Assembly: GCA_040437565.1 (NCBI GenBank)
Contig: JBDOQK010000014.1
Coordinates: 62,001-126,000 of the forward strand
Reading direction: 5' to 3'
Length of the DNA: 64,000 nucleotides
Source: Albugo candida
Taxonomy: Eukaryota
Position numbers and translations under genes: made by a program. Below the pieces are notes generated by a model, which was not told the origin of the DNA, ran no database searches, and worked only from the letters and a program-made list of their open reading frames with translations. The number at the start of each line of letters is the position of its first letter. The first letter of the stretch is position 1. Positions 60,831 to 64,000 of this stretch are shown one piece after another.

Positions 60831-61743
60831 GAGTGGTGAATAATGGCGGCTGAATGGAAATCACTCGGATATGTAACGTCCATCATTGTATAATTGGCAC
60901 TTCTCAATTTGCCGGCTACTACGCGACCCGCCAATTTAGTAAAAACAACTAAAAAACACAGCACCCTTCCTAGACCTTTTCCTCTCCAACGATATGGTTC
61001 AAGTTGACATACCGACAACCCGGCTTGTCACGTCCACGTGTGTGACATGGCAACCCTCGTGAGTCACCTGGCGTTGGGTGACTGCATGATTGTTAATGAT
61101 CCATCACCCCTGTGTGATTACGTGGAAAGTACCCCCACCCCCAATGTGACAAAACAGCGTAGTAAAAGAGATACCTATGACGAGTCATAAGGTGGGTCCA
61201 AGGCAACTGCAAGTGTGGACGAAAGCAAACGTCCCACATTGGCATATCTTATTATGTCACAAGAGTCCTAAGGTAAGGACGAGGTTAGAGCTAAGGCGCA
61301 ATACCGCGTGGAGCTCCCAAACCCAAAATATCCTGATATTGTTGCATATGTGAACTTTAGGCCAGAGAGTATCCGACTTGGTCCGTTGTGGCCCCAAAAT
61401 CGAAGCCGCACGAACTTTCAAGACTGATATTTTCGATGATATTGGAAAGGGCCAGGCGTTCGCCCGTACTCTAAATGAGAAATAAGTACCTCCTCTTCCG
61501 GGATCATGGCAACCCGGTTTTCGAATCTCTCTCGGATAGTCGCCAGATTGGACAAGTCTCTAAGCTTCTAGCAGAAAATTTGAGAGTGATGACTGTGCCA
61601 CCGACGCGCATGACCAACTGGAGTGCCAGTCGGTCATCGTTCTGGGTGAAAAGTACATATTTAAAGAGAAAATTTAGAGCGCCGGTGCTATCTCAACATG
61701 TTTGGAGTTAGACTGGAACTTAAGCGGGAGGGTATTTTGAAAT

Positions 61744-63369
61744 GGCCACTGCTATATGTAAACCCCTTGGCTATTTGTACATCCCCCTGATTCATAGCCA
61801 ATCAAAAGCCTGGAAAACTTCCTCGTGTCGTGAAATTGTTCGTAACAGATTCGTCACTTAAGTGCTGATGTTGCGCCTTCTCACACACTTTAACAATGAA
61901 CGTAACTTGTATACGACCTTATCACTCTAAGGATACGACACCTCGTACTCTTTCTAATCTTTTTCATTCGAGTGTATAATAACTCGAGCAATCTTCAATG
62001 CAGGATAGGAGAAACACCTCGATAGACCGTCTTGTGTCTCTTCACATACTCTTGACACTGTTCAAGCCATTCAGCATTGCTGAATGTTTTGATCTATCAT
62101 GAACGCCTTTTCCTGAAAGCATCATACACTATTCTTGCACTCGTCTCCGATCAGCTGGCATCTTAACCAAGATCATGTTCTTATGCAGCCACAATATGAA
62201 ATGATTGGGAAGTATGTCTGCTTCGAGGAGTTTGATACAAATTTTCTTTCACGGCGAAGCTGAAAATTTTCTGACACATTTCTCCTAGTTGCTGGATTCG
62301 GTACAGGCTCCTGTGCTATATAGGTTGATTTCATTCTTTTGAGTGTATACGAGTCATCCAGACAGATTCTTCCACTTTTCAGTGGAAGAATCATCGTCTG
62401 GCACCCGATTTAAGCTACGTATCATGCGCCCGTTTTTGTATGTATGATGTTTGCGCTTAAATGAATGGATTATGTTCGCTACCGCACTAGACGCCTTGGC
62501 TTGGTGTGGCATAGTTTTTTTTGTATATGAAGCCACCGATATATTGTCTGTTATAATTAGTCGCATTTCATTGAATTTAGGTGTGCTCAAGACTCTCTCT
62601 ATGGATGCTACACTATTGCTTTTTTATTTTTTAGCAGGAAGCAATTTATCGCTCCTAAAATAAGACAAAAGATCATTTTTGCGACATCAAACNNNNNNNN
62701 NNNNNNNNNNNNNNNNNNNNNNNNNNNNNNNNNNNNNNNNNNNNNNNNNNNNNNNNNNNNNNNNNNNNNNNNNNNNNNNNNNNNNNNNNNNNAGTGGAAG
62801 AATCATCGTCTGGCACCCGATTTAAGCTACGTATCATGCGCCCGTTTTTGTATGTATGATGTTTGCGCTTAAATGAATGGATTATGTTCGCTACCGCACT
62901 AGACGCCTTGGCTTGGTGTGGCATAGTTTTTTTTGTATATGAAGCCACCGATATATTGTCTGTTATAATTAGTCGCATTTCATTGAATTTAGGTGTGCTC
63001 AAGACTCTCTCTATGGATGCTACACTATTGCTTTTTTATTTTTTAGCAGGAAGCAATTTATCGCTCCTAAAATAAGACAAAAGATCATTTTTGCGACATC
63101 AAACGCTTCTGATTCAGCAAAAAAGCTGAATTTGTGTAGAAACGATCGGAAGAGAAAGAGTATGACTTCACCGAAGCGACTAGTGTTTTTTGTGAAACCT
63201 TTTTTTGTTTTATTTGTCCATGGTTTCGAGCTTGCTACTTTGACGGAGGTGAAACAATTATTTACACGTCCGAACAGTTTCACGACAGGAGGAAGCTTTC
63301 CAGGCTTTTGATTGGCTATGAATCAGGGGGATGTAAAATAGCCAATGGGGTTTACATACACCAGTGGCC
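61744..63369. mobile_element. Non-autonomous DNA transposon with ~110-bp TIRs (Mutator-like)
   Basis: GGCCACTG..ATGTAAACCCC..CCCCCTGATTCATAGCCAATCAAAAGCCTGGAAA (61744..61850) is the reverse complement of ~63270..63369; degenerate 9-bp flanks TTTTGAAAT / TTATAGAAT; internal gap with duplicated flank. Confidence 0.75.
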
Positions 63370-63379
63370 TTATAGAATT

Positions 63380-63640
63380 TACCCCCAAATCGATCTCATC
63401 AAACAATATTGCTATATTCAGATACTAAACTTATCACAAAACAAAATTGAGGATGTGTGTAGAATCCTTCTTGATACATTTCGAGAAGCAATTTCTCCAA
63501 AGTAGTGGTTATGGAAACGTAAAGGATTTACTTTGTGTCCTCCACATGCTCAAAAGCGTTGATGCGTGTTGGAATGGTATGCGAACAAATTGTATTCGAA
63601 AAACAATTCTTCCCTGTACCGGTAAGAATGCTCCGATTCC
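63380..63640 (+). pseudogene. Possible pogo/Tigger (DDE_1) transposase C-terminal remnant
   Basis: VLHMLKSVDACWNGMRTNCIRKT loosely resembles the 'A W..V....I.NCW.K.GI' tail of DDE_1 transposases; weak. Confidence 0.3.
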
Positions 63641-63962
63641 AACTGAACGTCTGCGTTTTGGTCAGCGTGGACCATACTGTTTGGATCTAGGAGCCATTGC
63701 TACTGCCCAACGACAGTTAGCAAAACACCAGAAATGGCAAGCGTGGTTGCATCGACATCGTTGGTAATGCTACTGTTGATCGCAAAAGATGTAGCGAAGA
63801 AAGTGGAGAAAAAACGTCCAACCAAATATCGTTGGACTTCATCTCTCTTCTCGATATCACACTACCGGGGACCCAGAAATTTCCACTACAAAACCGGTCC
63901 TCTTCTCGGAATGGAGGAAAACCCATCTCCACCCGTACTATCAAGCCAGTGGAGTGGGATGG

Positions 63963-63986
63963 ATATATATATATATATATATATAT
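63963..63986. repeat. (AT)n microsatellite
   Basis: About 12 AT units. Confidence 0.95.
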
Positions 63987-64000
63987 GCATTTGGCTCTTT

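Larger units (their letters stand above)
3384..62792. other. Eleven 100-N scaffold gaps
   Basis: 3384-3483, 10605-10704, 16217-16316, 27765-27864, 34751-34850, 36660-36759, 47007-47106, 47570-47669, 51388-51487, 58917-59016, 62693-62792. Confidence 0.98.

Noticed and set aside
1-64000. tRNA or rRNA genes
   Set aside because: No cloverleaf with A/B boxes or rRNA-like sequence recognised by eye; a tRNAscan/Infernal run would be needed to exclude them formally.

Overview
Eukaryotic, most likely oomycete, genomic DNA. The short (~49-63 nt) GT-AG introns, very compact intergenic spacers and oomycete-type families (START-FYVE, bacterial-like trypsin) suggest an Albugo-like compact genome; this taxon call is an inference. 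Bases 1-41.2 kb are gene-dense (~21 genes): MLO-like/EF-hand protein, secreted serine protease, 3-hydroxyisobutyrate dehydrogenase, START-FYVE, CHMP2/Vps2, LAMMER kinase, NSUN2/Trm4-like methyltransferase, pyridoxal kinase, a 1701-aa cNMP-cNMP-kinase-PP2C protein, eIF3L, LCMT1, TBL1, PCYT2, RPLP0, tesmin/CXC protein and a YGR210C-type GTPase. Bases 41.2-64 kb are a transposon graveyard: a full-length decayed Ty1/copia with LTRs, PBS, PPT and TSD; a solo LTR at the same site in a diverged copy; three nested Mutator-type elements; a decayed Ty3/gypsy chromovirus; and further DNA-transposon remnants. There are eleven 100-N gaps, six of which have long exact duplicated flanks (assembly artefacts). 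The most notable items are (1) a single-ORF cyclic-nucleotide sensor + CaMKK-like kinase + PP2C phosphatase, (2) an MLO-like membrane protein fused to a calmodulin-like domain, and (3) symmetric nested insertions into the two TIRs of a Mutator element. All family calls are by-eye motif recognition; no searches were run.
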